A stretch of DNA of 32,000 nucleotides from Dickeya solani IPO 2222 (GCF_001644705.1 NZ_CP015137.1:840001-872000); one strand, 5' to 3'. Counted from the first letter of the stretch, positions 1-9,365 are shown. Notes: generated from the letters alone by a model not told the origin. Made by a program: numbers and translations.

Positions 1-452
1 TTCGTCCAGGCGTGCCGGCACCGCCGTCGCTGGTCAATATCTACAAAGAACTGGCTAACGATATTCCCGGATTTGAAATTCCTTCTCACGGCTTTTTGCA
101 AAGCTGGGCGCAGCAAGGCGTGATGTTACTCAACACCGTACTGACGGTGGAAGCAGGCAAAGCGCATTCGCACGCCAATCTGGGTTGGGAAACCTTCACC
201 GACAAAGTGATCGAAAAACTGAACGCGCACCGGGAAGGGATTGTATTCCTGCTGTGGGGATCACATGCGCAAAAGAAAGGCAGCATTATTGATACGCAGC
301 GACATCATGTGCTGAAAGCGCCGCACCCCTCGCCATTATCTGCCCATCGTGGTTTTTTGGGATGCCACCATTTCTCCAGAACTAATCAGTTGCTGGAACA
401 ACAGGGCACTACGCCGATCGACTGGGCCCCCCGCTTGCCGGAAGACGCATAA
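1..452 (+). CDS. ung: uracil-DNA glycosylase, 5' end cut by the window edge (codon phase begins at nt 3)
   Basis: Stop-free frame from nt 3. Translation [24 protein letters not shown]...[10 protein letters not shown]...[11 protein letters not shown]...[18 protein letters not shown] matches the family-1 UDG core, including the HPSPLS loop. TAA at 450-452. Confidence 0.95.
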   Translation, partial: RPGVPAPPSLVNIYKELANDIPGFEIPSHGFLQSWAQQGVMLLNTVLTVEAGKAHSHANLGWETFTDKVIEKLNAHREGIVFLLWGSHAQKKGSIIDTQRHHVLKAPHPSPLSAHRGFLGCHHFSRTNQLLEQQGTTPIDWAPRLPEDA

Positions 453-579
453 CAGGTAACGTCATTGTCTTGGCTTATCAGAGGCAATGACCCTAAATTT
501 TAGGGCGAAACCGGGAAAAAAGGTCGAAAAAAAATCGAATCGTCAGAGAAATAAAAAGGAGAATGTTGCGAAAGGAATT

Positions 580-655
<76 letters not shown>

Positions 656-702
656 ACATCAGATAATACTGTCAAAAACCAAATCTTTATGGGAGGAAGA
701 TT

Positions 703-778
<76 letters not shown>

Positions 779-809
779 GTATCGACACTCTATCGTGTGA
801 ACGGGTCGC

Positions 810-838
810 ATGATATGCAACGCCCCCAACCCTGTCAA
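810..838 (-). promoter_or_regulatory. sigma70 promoter of the tRNA-Ala pair
   Basis: Minus strand reads TTGACA (838-833), a 17-nt spacer, TATCAT (815-810), then a GC-rich discriminator GCGACCC. It lies about 30 nt upstream of the tRNA 5' end at 778. Confidence 0.6.
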
Positions 839-956
839 CGCCAAAATCCATTTATCCGATCAACCGCTGAAAAAGCCGTCAAAGTAGTGCAACAATGGCA
901 TCATACGGGAAAATGTCCCCTGCTTTCCGGCGTAAAAACACCGCCAATCAAGCTCC

Positions 957-986
957 AAAAAAAAAGACCCAGGCAAGCCAGGGTCT
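957..986 (-). terminator. rho-independent terminator downstream of gltX
   Basis: Hairpin AGACCCAGG-CAAG-CCAGGGTCT (965-986, one mismatch). On the minus strand it is followed by a T9 run (plus-strand A9 at 957-965). It lies 29 nt past the gltX stop. Confidence 0.7.
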
Positions 987-1014
987 TCGTTAACAACAGA
1001 CTCGTTCGAAGCGA

Positions 1015-2430
1015 TTACTGCTGAGCTTCACGCTCGCTGATAAACGCCAGCGCCCGATCGATGCGCGCCAGCGTACGCGACTGACCAATAGCATGCACCG
1101 TCACGTCAACGCCCGGAGACTGACCGGCGCCGGTTACCGCCACACGCAGCGGCATCCCCACTTTACCCATCCCCTGCTGCAACTCGTCAGCAGTACCCTG
1201 GATAGCATGGTGAATATTTTCCGGCGTCCAGTCGGTGATAGCGGCCAACTTGCTGCGCACCAGTTCCAGCGGCTGACGCGCCACCGGACGCAGGTGTTTC
1301 TTCGCCGCATCAGCGTCAAACTCGGCGAACTCTTCATAGAAGTAGCGGCAGGACTCGGCGATTTCTTTCAGAGTTTTGCAGCGTTCGCCCAGCAACGTCA
1401 CCAGCTCGCTCAACTGCGGGCCAGTACGGGTATCGATACCTGCTTGTTCGATATGCCAGGACAGATGGGTCGCCACATATTCCGGCGGCAGGTGATTAAT
1501 ATAGTGATGGTTCAGCCACTGCAGCTTCTCGGTATTGAACGCACTGGCGGATTTACTGACGGCATCCAGCGAGAACAGCTGTTTCATCTCATCGATAGAG
1601 AAGATTTCCTGATCGCCATGAGCCCACCCCAGGCGTACCAGATAGTTGAGCAACGCTTCCGGCAGATAGCCGTCATCACGATACTGCATCACCCCTACTG
1701 CGCCGTGACGCTTGGACAGTTTCTTACCGTCGTCGCCCAGGATCATGGAAACGTGCGCGTATTCCGGCACCGGCGCCTCCAGTGCTTTAAGAATATTGAT
1801 CTGCCGCGGCGTGTTGTTGATATGGTCTTCACCGCGAATAACGTGGGTGATGCCCATATCCCAGTCATCGATCACCACACAGAAGTTATAGGTCGGCGAA
1901 CCGTCGGTGCGGCGGATGATCAGGTCATCCAGTTCAAGGTTGCTGAATTCGATAGGGCCACGGATGCGATCATCAAAGATCACCGAACCGTCTTGCGGGT
2001 TACGAAAACGCACCACATGCGGTTCATCATCCGCATGATGCTCGTGAGAGTCGCGGCAGCAACCGTCATAACGCGGCTTGTCGCCATCAGCCATCTGCTG
2101 CTCACGCAGGGCTTCCAGACGCGCTTTGGAACAATAGCATTTATACGCTGTGCCTTTTTCCAGCATCTGGTCAATAACCGCGTTGTAGCGATCAAAACGT
2201 TTGGTCTGATAGTACGGGCCTTCATCCCAGTCCAGATTCAACCAATTCATGCCGTCCATAATGGCGTCAATCGCCTCTTTGGTCGAACGCTCCAGATCGG
2301 TATCTTCAATACGCAGAACAAACTCGCCGCCATGATGGCGGGCGAACAACCAGGAATACAGTGCGGTACGGGCACCGCCAACATGAAGATAGCCAGTCGG
2401 GCTGGGCGCAAAGCGGGTTTTGATTTTCAT
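1015..2430 (-). CDS. gltX: glutamate--tRNA ligase (glutamyl-tRNA synthetase), 471 aa
   Basis: Starts [27 protein letters not shown] (HIGH-type HVGG) and carries the KMSKS-type KLSKR. Length equals E. coli GltX. I moved the start to ATG 2430; the 25 extra N-terminal codons of the track ORF have no homology. Confidence 0.97.
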   Translation of the reverse strand: MKIKTRFAPSPTGYLHVGGARTALYSWLFARHHGGEFVLRIEDTDLERSTKEAIDAIMDGMNWLNLDWDEGPYYQTKRFDRYNAVIDQMLEKGTAYKCYCSKARLEALREQQMADGDKPRYDGCCRDSHEHHADDEPHVVRFRNPQDGSVIFDDRIRGPIEFSNLELDDLIIRRTDGSPTYNFCVVIDDWDMGITHVIRGEDHINNTPRQINILKALEAPVPEYAHVSMILGDDGKKLSKRHGAVGVMQYRDDGYLPEALLNYLVRLGWAHGDQEIFSIDEMKQLFSLDAVSKSASAFNTEKLQWLNHHYINHLPPEYVATHLSWHIEQAGIDTRTGPQLSELVTLLGERCKTLKEIAESCRYFYEEFAEFDADAAKKHLRPVARQPLELVRSKLAAITDWTPENIHHAIQGTADELQQGMGKVGMPLRVAVTGAGQSPGVDVTVHAIGQSRTLARIDRALAFISEREAQQ

Positions 2431-2703
2431 TGGGATTACGGCCTTAATTAGACAGCAACGGTCGGTCAACACCAACCAGGATTCCGGACTGTGCCCCGCC
2501 ATCAAGGGTGAGCGCTGTCAGCGCGCGACACAGCCTGCTTAAAGTGGGCAATATTCTATCACTCCCCCCCGATTCCTCAACGCCATAACCGCGTCGACCC
2601 AGGCCTAACTCCGGTAAAATACGCAGGGATTCAACGATAACGTCCATAAACACGGCACATCGCCTAATTTTACAACGAACGACTATTTTCGTTTTAAAAA
2701 GCG

Positions 2704-2731
2704 TTGACTCATATTCAAGTATCCCTATAAT
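2704..2731 (+). promoter_or_regulatory. sigma70 promoter of the tRNA-Val/Lys operon
   Basis: TTGACT (2704-2709), a 16-nt spacer, TATAAT (2726-2731), then the GC-rich discriminator GCGACTCC. An A/T-rich UP-like tract TTTTCGTTTTAAAAA lies just upstream, and the first tRNA starts 18 nt downstream. Confidence 0.7.
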
Positions 2732-2748
2732 GCGACTCCACACAGCGG

Positions 2749-2824
2749 GGGTGATTAGCTCAGCTGGGAGAGCACCTCCCTTACAAGGAGGGGGTCGGCG
2801 GTTCGATCCCGTCATCACCCACCA
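2749..2824 (+). tRNA. valU: tRNA-Val (anticodon UAC)
   Basis: GGGTGATTAGCTCAGCTGGGAGAGCACCTCCCTTACAAGGAGGGGGTCGGCGGTTCGATCCCGTCATCACCCACCA, 76 nt, anticodon loop CT-TAC-AA, encoded CCA. Confidence 0.95.
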
Positions 2825-2868
2825 CTCTTTAGAGTGCCGCGTTGTGTGAAGTAAGAAGAATTGAGATT

Positions 2869-2944
2869 GGGTGATTAGCTCAGCTGGGAGAGCACCTCCC
2901 TTACAAGGAGGGGGTCGGCGGTTCGATCCCGTCATCACCCACCA
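2869..2944 (+). tRNA. valX: tRNA-Val (anticodon UAC), copy 2
   Basis: Identical 76-nt sequence to 2749-2824. Confidence 0.95.
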
Positions 2945-3001
2945 TTCTCATACCAGCTGTCTTCTTGCGAAAATGAAATACAGAAATTGAAGTACAGAAG
3001 T

Positions 3002-3077
3002 GGGTGATTAGCTCAGCTGGGAGAGCACCTCCCTTACAAGGAGGGGGTCGGCGGTTCGATCCCGTCATCACCCACCA
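3002..3077 (+). tRNA. valY: tRNA-Val (anticodon UAC), copy 3
   Basis: Identical 76-nt sequence to 2749-2824. Confidence 0.95.
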
Positions 3078-3084
3078 CTTCTGC

Positions 3085-3160
3085 GGGTCGTTAGCTCAGT
3101 CGGTAGAGCAGTTGACTTTTAATCAATTGGTCGCAGGTTCGAATCCTGCACGACCCACCA
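3085..3160 (+). tRNA. lysV: tRNA-Lys (anticodon UUU)
   Basis: GGGTCGTTAGCTCAGTCGGTAGAGCAGTTGACTTTTAATCAATTGGTCGCAGGTTCGAATCCTGCACGACCCACCA, 76 nt, anticodon loop CT-TTT-AA. It starts 7 nt after the third tRNA-Val. Confidence 0.95.
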
Positions 3161-3287
3161 ATTACTCAGACCAATTCGGTCACTTACTCAAAAATCATGA
3201 AAACCGTGTGCGCTATGCGTAGGGTGATCCTGATTTCTTGCGCCGTTTTTCTACGTTCTGTTCCCGTCACCTTCAGATTGTCCTCTT

Positions 3288-3319
3288 GTTAAGAACAACA
3301 CGCGTTAAGAACAACACGC
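3288..3319. repeat. perfect tandem duplication of a 16-bp unit, GTTAAGAACAACACGC x2
   Basis: Read directly: 3288-3303 equals 3304-3319. The first copy completes the inverted repeat TTGTT-AAG-AACAA. Confidence 0.9.
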
Positions 3320-3491
3320 TTTTCGCGGTAAAACACCTGCCAGACCTTATCTATTTTCTCCAATGTTCAAAAACCTGCCACACATCACACAAAATTTTTG
3401 ATAAGGAACGTCAAATGTATTGGTTTTTTATTCCGTCGCCAAACGACGACACTAGCATCGTAATAAAACGTATTCTTATAAGGGTAAGACG

Positions 3492-3926
3492 ATGATAGCT
3501 AAAACCAATAAATTCTTTACCGGTTTAACCGACCATCCTGATGGCGGCAAACTGTTGTTGCGTTTGACCGTCGGTATTCTGCTGCTGTTCCACGGCGTCG
3601 CTAAAATCGAAAACGGCGTGGGTTGGATCGCCGGCATGCTGGCGCAACATGGCCTGCCCGGCTTTATCGCCTACGGCGCCTACATTGGCGAAGTGCTGGC
3701 TCCCATCCTGATTATTCTCGGCGTATTGACCCGTATTTCTGCCGCAGTGGTGGCATTTAACCTGCTGATCGCGACACTGCTGGTCACCATGGGCAAATTA
3801 TTCACCATCACCAATGTGGGTGCATGGGGACTGGAAGGGGAAGCGTTCTATTTCCTGTGCAGTCTGGTGATTGTGCTGGTGGGTAGCGGCCGTTACTCCG
3901 TGGTCTCTAACGAAGACTACCGTTAA
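3492..3926 (+). CDS. DoxX-family inner-membrane protein (YphA-like), 144 aa
   Basis: Four hydrophobic segments and the DoxX-like N-terminal block KLLLRLTVGILLLFHGVAKI. ATG is preceded by AGGGTAAG. A shared terminator follows. Confidence 0.8.
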   Translation: MIAKTNKFFTGLTDHPDGGKLLLRLTVGILLLFHGVAKIENGVGWIAGMLAQHGLPGFIAYGAYIGEVLAPILIILGVLTRISAAVVAFNLLIATLLVTMGKLFTITNVGAWGLEGEAFYFLCSLVIVLVGSGRYSVVSNEDYR

Positions 3927-3942
3927 TATCCGTACGTTCTTG

Positions 3943-3970
3943 AAAAAAACGCCCTTACGGGCGTTTTTTT
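3943..3970. terminator. bidirectional rho-independent terminator shared by doxX (+) and cysA (-)
   Basis: A7-CGCCC-TTAC-GGGCG-T7: a GC stem flanked by an A-run and a T-run, so it can serve either strand. Confidence 0.85.
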
Positions 3971-3974
3971 ATGG

Positions 3975-4967
3975 TCAGATTTCCCAATCGTGGTTATAGC
4001 GCTTTGGCTTGAATTGCACGACATCGCCGCGATGCAACCCGGCCAGTACCTCGTCATCATGCGCCACTTCCGCTTCGATCAGTTCATTGTTGCCATCAAC
4101 CTTCAGCACCAGCCGCGTCAGCGCGCCCAGCGGACGGATATCCTTGACCACCACCGGCTGGAAGTCAGCCTGGGTCTGTTTTGACAGCGTCACTTCGTGC
4201 GGGCGGAACTGAATAGTCTGATCATGGCCGGCCAGTTTCAATCGGTTGCTGTCCCCCAGGAAGTTGTAGACAAACTCGGTGGCCGGGCGGTTATACACCT
4301 CATCAGGCGTACCAATCTGCTCGATGACGCCTTTGTTCATCAATACGATGCGGTCCGCCACCTCCATCGCTTCTTCCTGATCATGGGTGACAAACACCGA
4401 TGTCAGATTAATTTCTTCATGCAGGCGCGATAGCCAGCGGCGCAGTTCCTTGCGCACCTTGGCGTCCAGCGCGCCGAACGGCTCGTCCAACAACAAAATG
4501 CGCGGCTCCACAATCAGCGCCCGCGCCAGAGCGATACGCTGGCGCTGACCACCGGATAACTGCTCCGGGTAGCGATCCGCCAGCCATTCCAGTTGCACCA
4601 TATTCAGCAGCTCGCGCACCTTTTTTTCGATATCCCGCTTTGACGGCCGTATCGATTTCGGTTTCATACGCAGCCCGAACGCCACGTTATCGAACACCGT
4701 CATATGCCGGAACAGCGCATAGTGCTGGAAAACAAAGCCGACATGGCGATCGCGCACATCGTGTCCCGACACATCTTCGCCGTGGAACACAATATTGCCG
4801 CTGTCGGGCGTTTCCAGGCCGGCGATAATGCGCAACAGCGTAGTTTTGCCGCAACCGGACGGCCCCAGCAGCGCCACCAGCTCGCCGCTCTGGATCGATA
4901 AATTGATCTGATTGAGGGCCCGGAACTGACCAAACTGTTTGTTAACGTTGTGAACCTCAATGCTCAT
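3975..4967 (-). CDS. cysA: sulfate/thiosulfate ABC transporter ATP-binding protein, 330 aa
   Basis: Walker [10 protein letters not shown], signature LSGGQRQR, Walker [10 protein letters not shown]-loop FVTHDQ. It is the last gene of a cysP-U-W-A block. Confidence 0.93.
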   Translation of the reverse strand: MSIEVHNVNKQFGQFRALNQINLSIQSGELVALLGPSGCGKTTLLRIIAGLETPDSGNIVFHGEDVSGHDVRDRHVGFVFQHYALFRHMTVFDNVAFGLRMKPKSIRPSKRDIEKKVRELLNMVQLEWLADRYPEQLSGGQRQRIALARALIVEPRILLLDEPFGALDAKVRKELRRWLSRLHEEINLTSVFVTHDQEEAMEVADRIVLMNKGVIEQIGTPDEVYNRPATEFVYNFLGDSNRLKLAGHDQTIQFRPHEVTLSKQTQADFQPVVVKDIRPLGALTRLVLKVDGNNELIEAEVAHDDEVLAGLHRGDVVQFKPKRYNHDWEI

Positions 4968-5847
4968 TACCGGCCAGCTCCTGTTGTTTCTCTTGTTGTT
5001 TCGACAAATGCGCTTCGCTCCACTGGCGCAGCAACAGCACCACCAGCGACATCACCAGCAGCAGAATCGCCACGCTGAACGCAGCGACGATGTTGTATTC
5101 GTTGTAGAGAATCTCGATATGCAGCGGCAAGGTATTGGTCAGGCCGCGAATATGACCGGACACCACCGACACGGCGCCAAACTCACCCATAGCGCGGGCG
5201 GTGCACAGCACCACGCCGTAAATCAGCGCCCATTTCACATTCGGCAATGTGATGTGCCAGAACATCTGCCAGCCGTTCGCACCCAGTAATCTGGCCGCCT
5301 CCTCTTCCTGGCTGCCCTGTTGCTCCATCAGCGGAATCAGTTCGCGCGCCACATACGGCAGGGTGACAAACATGGTCGCCAGCACGATGCCGGGCACGGC
5401 ATAGACGATTTCCAGATTATGTTCGGTCAGGAACGGATACAGCTTGCTCTGGGCGCCAAACAGCAGCACATACATCAGGCCGGTTACCACCGGCGACACG
5501 GAAAACGGCAAGTCCAGCAATGCCAGCAGCAGCGATTTGCCACGAAATTCAAACTTGGTCACGCACCAGGCGATCGCCAGCCCGAATACCATATTCAGCG
5601 GCACTGAAATAACCGTCGCCAGTAGCGTCAGCTTGAGCGCAGACACCGCATCCGGTTCGGTGATCGCATTCCAGAACGCGCCAATACCGTTATGCAACCC
5701 CTGGGTCACCACCATGATCAACGGCAGCACCAGAATCAGTAAAAACACCAACCACGCCAGCGTGGTGAGCACATAAAAGGCGGCCGGGCGTTTGAGGGAG
5801 GACGGACGCGCCGTCACAGGCGCAGAAATACTGTGTTCCATGGCCAT
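4957..5847 (-). CDS. cysW: sulfate/thiosulfate ABC transporter permease
   Basis: Multi-TM permease with the EAA-type loop [22 protein letters not shown]. Its stop overlaps the cysA start by 11 nt. The ATG at 5841 has better SD spacing (AAGGA-N5) than the ATG at 5847, so the start is uncertain by 2 codons. Confidence 0.9.
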   Translation of the reverse strand: MAMEHSISAPVTARPSSLKRPAAFYVLTTLAWLVFLLILVLPLIMVVTQGLHNGIGAFWNAITEPDAVSALKLTLLATVISVPLNMVFGLAIAWCVTKFEFRGKSLLLALLDLPFSVSPVVTGLMYVLLFGAQSKLYPFLTEHNLEIVYAVPGIVLATMFVTLPYVARELIPLMEQQGSQEEEAARLLGANGWQMFWHITLPNVKWALIYGVVLCTARAMGEFGAVSVVSGHIRGLTNTLPLHIEILYNEYNIVAAFSVAILLLVMSLVVLLLRQWSEAHLSKQQEKQQELAGNEH

Positions 5848-5850
5848 CCT

Positions 5851-6663
5851 TTATAGCTTCGGTTGAATGCGCCGTTGCAGCAGGTTAATCAGCAACAGCA
5901 GGATGAAAGAGACAACCAGCATGAACACGCCGATACCGGTCGCGCCTTTGTAATCGTACTGGTCCAGTTTGGAAACAATCAGCAGCGGCAGAATTTCCGT
6001 CTTGAACGGAATGTTGCCGGCAATGAACACCACCGATCCGTACTCCCCCACGCCGCGAGCGAACGCCAGCGCAAAACCGGTAAGCCAGGCGGGCAGAATG
6101 GCCGGCAGCAGGACATGGCGGAAGGTCTGCCACGGGCTGGCGCCCAGACAGGCGGAAGCCTCTTCCACTTCTTTGGGAAAATCAGCCAACACCGGCTGCA
6201 GCGTGCGTACCACAAACGGCAGGGTGACAAAAATCAGCGCCAGCGTGATGCCAATCCCCGTGTAGGCGATACGGAAAGGAAACAGCGAACCAATCAGCCC
6301 GTTCGGCGCATACAGCGACGTCAGCGCAATCCCCGCCACGGCGGTAGGCAGGGCAAACGGCATATCGATCATCGCGTCGATAATCTTCCTGCCGGGAAAG
6401 GTATAACGCACCAGCACCCAGGCCAGCAGCGTCCCCAAAACGCCGTTGACGAATGCCGCCGTCAGCGCGGAACCAAAGGATAATCGCAGGGAAAACAGCA
6501 CCTGGCGGCTGGTGATCAGTTCCCAGAACTGGATCAGCGTCAACTGACTGGCGTACAAAAACATGGCCGCCAGCGGGATCAGGACAAGCAGTCCAAGATA
6601 GGTAAGGCTAAAGCCCAGCGTCAGGCCAAAACCGGGAATTACCGGTGAAACACGTCGCGACAT
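5851..6663 (-). CDS. cysU: sulfate/thiosulfate ABC transporter permease, 270 aa
   Basis: Multi-TM permease with the EAA-type loop [23 protein letters not shown]. Its stop lies 3 nt before the cysW start. Confidence 0.9.
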   Translation of the reverse strand: MSRRVSPVIPGFGLTLGFSLTYLGLLVLIPLAAMFLYASQLTLIQFWELITSRQVLFSLRLSFGSALTAAFVNGVLGTLLAWVLVRYTFPGRKIIDAMIDMPFALPTAVAGIALTSLYAPNGLIGSLFPFRIAYTGIGITLALIFVTLPFVVRTLQPVLADFPKEVEEASACLGASPWQTFRHVLLPAILPAWLTGFALAFARGVGEYGSVVFIAGNIPFKTEILPLLIVSKLDQYDYKGATGIGVFMLVVSFILLLLINLLQRRIQPKL

Positions 6664-6716
6664 AACAAGCCTTTCAATGATGAAACACGGATTGCCGACT
6701 CAGGTAACCAACGTGG

Positions 6717-6743
6717 AAAAACCGCCCCGGTGGAGGCGGTTTT
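6717..6743 (-). terminator. intercistronic hairpin between cysP and cysU (attenuator or mRNA-stabiliser type)
   Basis: Minus strand reads AAAACCGCC-TCCACCGG-GGCGGTTTT followed by T. It forms a 9-bp stem with a U-tract inside the 97-nt cysP-cysU gap. Confidence 0.4.
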
Positions 6744-6760
6744 AACGGTCAGAATACAAC

Positions 6761-7771
6761 TTATTTATTAATCTGCTTGAAGATGGCGTCGAACACCCCA
6801 CCGTCATCGAAGAATTTGGGTTGTGCGCTTTTCCAGCCGCCAAACTCGCCATCGATCGTCACCAACTTCACCGGTGCAAACTGAGATTTAAACTCTTCGG
6901 CGACTTTAGCGTTGCGCGGACGATAGAAGTTTTGCGCGATGATACGTTGCCCTTCGTCACTGTAGAGATAGTTCAGATAGGCTTCCGCCTGTTTGCGCGT
7001 CCCTTTGCGATCCACTACTTTGTCGACCACCGCGACCGGCGGCTCCGCAAGAATGGACAGGGATGGCGTGACAATTTCCAGTTGGTCGCCGCCCTGCTCT
7101 TTCAGCGACAGATACGCCTCGTTTTCCCAGGCAATCAGCACATCGCCCAACTGGCGTTGAACGAAACTGATGGTCGCGCCGCGCGCACCGGTATCCAGCA
7201 CCGGCGCATGCTTATAGAGTTCGGTCACGAATTTCTGCGCGCTTTCATCGCTTCCGCCCGGCAAATGTTTGGCATAAGCCCAGGCCGCCAGGAAGTTCCA
7301 GCGCGCGCCGCCGGAGGTTTTCGGGTTCGGCGTAATGACCTGCACGTCCGGTTTAATCAGGTCATCCCAGTCCTTGATATGTTTCGGGTTGCCTTTGCGC
7401 ACCAGAAACACAATGGTGGACGTATAAGGCGTGCTGTTATCCGGCAGGCGCGCTTGCCATTTCGGGTCGATCAGCGGCTGATTAAGATTGAGCGCATCGA
7501 TATCACCCGCCAGCGCCAGCGTCACGACATCCGCCTGCAGCCCGTCGATCACGGACCGCGCCTGCTTGCCGGAACCGCCGTGGGAGTTTTTAACCGAAAT
7601 GGTTTCGCCGGTGGTCTCTTTCCAGTGTTTGATAAACGCCGCGTTATATTGCTGGTAAAATTCGCGGGTCGGGTCATAGGACACATTTAACAATTCCGTA
7701 GCAGCCGAAGCCATACCGGAAAATAACAACGCGGCAGTAGCCAGCGACCATCCCAAACGACGCATTGACAT
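6761..7771 (-). CDS. cysP: periplasmic thiosulfate/sulfate-binding protein, 336 aa
   Basis: Signal peptide [23 protein letters not shown], followed by [20 protein letters not shown]... typical of CysP/Sbp. It is the first gene of the cysPUWA block. I moved the start to ATG 7771 (SD GAGGGGAG 8 nt upstream); the track ORF begins at an upstream TTG. Confidence 0.88.
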   Translation of the reverse strand: MSMRRLGWSLATAALLFSGMASAATELLNVSYDPTREFYQQYNAAFIKHWKETTGETISVKNSHGGSGKQARSVIDGLQADVVTLALAGDIDALNLNQPLIDPKWQARLPDNSTPYTSTIVFLVRKGNPKHIKDWDDLIKPDVQVITPNPKTSGGARWNFLAAWAYAKHLPGGSDESAQKFVTELYKHAPVLDTGARGATISFVQRQLGDVLIAWENEAYLSLKEQGGDQLEIVTPSLSILAEPPVAVVDKVVDRKGTRKQAEAYLNYLYSDEGQRIIAQNFYRPRNAKVAEEFKSQFAPVKLVTIDGEFGGWKSAQPKFFDDGGVFDAIFKQINK

Positions 7772-7803
7772 TATTATTACTCCCCTCAAAGTCTGCCCAT
7801 TGT

Positions 7804-7843
7804 CTGCGCGAGCGATCAAAAGGCCTGCGCGGGCGATCAAAAG
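7804..7843. repeat. two 19-bp direct repeats (18/19 identical) with 21-bp periodicity upstream of cysP
   Basis: CTGCGCGAGCGATCAAAAG (7804-7822) and CTGCGCGGGCGATCAAAAG (7825-7843). Each contains a GATC. They lie 33-72 nt upstream of the cysP ATG. Confidence 0.9.
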
Positions 7844-8031
7844 AGCCCCAGAGTCCGGCGGCCTGTCATCATACAACCGGAACAGCGGCTAAATGTCACA
7901 ACTGTATCCGGTTTTATCTATGGAAGGGACAATAGTGGATAAGGCGGGAGGGAAAAAATACTGTTTCGAGATAATTTATACTCTCGGGTTATATTATTGA
8001 CGGCTTAACAGTGCATTTGAATCTAAGGTAA

Positions 8032-8047
8032 GCGGCAGGCCTGCCGC
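8032..8047 (-). terminator. GC-rich palindrome downstream of cdaR (weak terminator candidate)
   Basis: GCGGCAGGCCTGCCGC is a perfect palindrome 32 nt past the cdaR stop. The downstream tract on the minus strand (TTACCTTAGATT) is only moderately T-rich. Confidence 0.35.
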
Positions 8048-8078
8048 CCGCCGGTTATCGTCGCCATCAACATCAGAA

Positions 8079-9236
8079 TTACTGTTCTTCATCCAGTTGC
8101 AGCGCGACGTACAGTAACAGCCGATCGTCAAAGTTGCCTAGATCCAGTCCGGTCAGTTCGGATATACGGTTTAACCGGTATTCCAGCGTATTGCGATGCA
8201 CAAATAGCGCCTTGGCGGTCGCCCCCGGCTGCACATTGTTGCGAAACCAGGCGTTAAGGGTACGACGCAGCAGACCATTGCTGTCCATCGCCTTCAGCCT
8301 GGCCAGCGGGCGCACCAGTTCGTTGGCCTGCCAGCCGCCGCGTAGGCTATCGAGCAACACCGGCAGCATCAGATCCTGATAGAAATAACTGCGCTGCGCC
8401 GGCATGCGCTGTTTGCCGACGCTCATGGTGGTGCGGGCGGTACGATAGGAACGCGCAATGCTACCGGGACCGTTGAAATAGTTGCCCAACGCCACCCGCA
8501 CTCGCAGCCGGCTGCTCTCTTCCATACGCGACAACAGCGTGTCGACGCGGCGACGATGCTCCTCCGCATCCCAGCGGCCGTGGTTGTTCAATGCCGGTTT
8601 CAGCACCACCATCTCCGTCAGCGAGACAATCGCAATCAGATTGTTGCGCTCCGGCGTCGTCAGCAACGTCTGCAATTGCTGGAGTTCAGCCATAGCGCTG
8701 TCCACCCCCAGTTGACCGCTGTCGACCTCCACCACCGCCGCCACACGCGGCTGATTGAGATCGATGCCGAGGCGCTGCGCCCATTCCATCAGCGCCGGCG
8801 ACAGATCATCGGTGCGGATCAGGTTCAGCACCAGTTCTTCCCGCAAACGGCTGTCCTGCGCCAGCATGTGCAGTAATCGCGCCTGCTCCAGCATCATCTC
8901 GGCCGTCATGCACACCAGTTCGCCGTACTGGCGCAACTGACCGGGGTTGCCGGTCAGGCCAATCACGCCGACGATTTCGCCGTCGATCTTCAGCGGCAGG
9001 TTGATGCCCGGCCGGACACCGTGCAGATGGCGCGCCACCGCATCATCAATGTCTACCACTCGTCCCTGCGACAGCACCAGCAGCGCACCTTCATGCAATT
9101 CTCCAATACGCTCCCGGTCACCACTGCCAATAATCCGCCCACGGGCATCCATCACATTGATATTACTATCAATGATTTTCATGGTGCGTGCGACGATCTC
9201 CTGTGCCAGTTTGTTATTCAGGTGGTATGACGCCAT
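8079..9236 (-). CDS. cdaR: carbohydrate diacid regulator (PucR/CdaR family), 385 aa
   Basis: MASYHLNNKLAQEIVARTMKIIDSNINVMDARGRIIGSGDRERIGELHEGALLVLSQGRVVDIDD is near-identical to E. coli CdaR. C-terminal HTH: KALFVHRNTLEYRLNRISELTG. I moved the start to ATG 9236, which gives the E. coli length. Confidence 0.95.
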   Translation of the reverse strand: MASYHLNNKLAQEIVARTMKIIDSNINVMDARGRIIGSGDRERIGELHEGALLVLSQGRVVDIDDAVARHLHGVRPGINLPLKIDGEIVGVIGLTGNPGQLRQYGELVCMTAEMMLEQARLLHMLAQDSRLREELVLNLIRTDDLSPALMEWAQRLGIDLNQPRVAAVVEVDSGQLGVDSAMAELQQLQTLLTTPERNNLIAIVSLTEMVVLKPALNNHGRWDAEEHRRRVDTLLSRMEESSRLRVRVALGNYFNGPGSIARSYRTARTTMSVGKQRMPAQRSYFYQDLMLPVLLDSLRGGWQANELVRPLARLKAMDSNGLLRRTLNAWFRNNVQPGATAKALFVHRNTLEYRLNRISELTGLDLGNFDDRLLLYVALQLDEEQ

Positions 9237-9365
9237 TTCAACCTCGAGGGATAGAGACAACCGCACCAGCATAACGCCGGGTATCGCGTCACACATTGTG
9301 CAAACGAACAAAAACCGGGGAATCACACAGAATCTGTGGAAGAACTCACAAAACAGGCGGGAAAT

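Noticed and set aside
453-579. Possible terminators after ung and after the tRNA-Ala pair. The candidates are GTCATTG...CAATGAC with an 18-nt loop, and the palindrome CCCTAAATTTTAGGG.
   Set aside because: The stems are short or A/T-rich and lack a proper U-tract on the relevant strand, so they are not convincing enough to annotate.
1093-2451. A 452-aa ORF antisense to gltX. Similar long antisense ORFs occur at 6821-7690 (cysP), 9720-10868 (degP), 11469-12422 (dgt), 15225-16403 (hemL), 29045-29743 (pcnB) and 31038-31916 (panB/panC).
   Set aside because: Every one of them is in exact codon register with the real gene on the other strand (start coordinates are congruent mod 3). In that register, antisense stops arise only from the sense codons TTA, CTA and TCA, which are rare at this GC content. 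Their translations are low-complexity and Arg/His/Gln-rich, with no recognisable motifs and no SD.
3085-3491. tRNA-Lys as a possible integration site for a genomic island.
   Set aside because: There is no direct repeat of the tRNA 3' end anywhere downstream in the window. There is also no integrase, and only a single small conserved DoxX-family gene lies before the cys operon.
3238-3495. The full 85-aa ORF upstream of doxX.
   Set aside because: It starts at a TTG without an SD and crosses the 16-bp tandem repeat. Its composition is that of A/T-rich spacer. Only its last 26 codons (ATG 3415 with an SD) are kept, as a speculative uORF.
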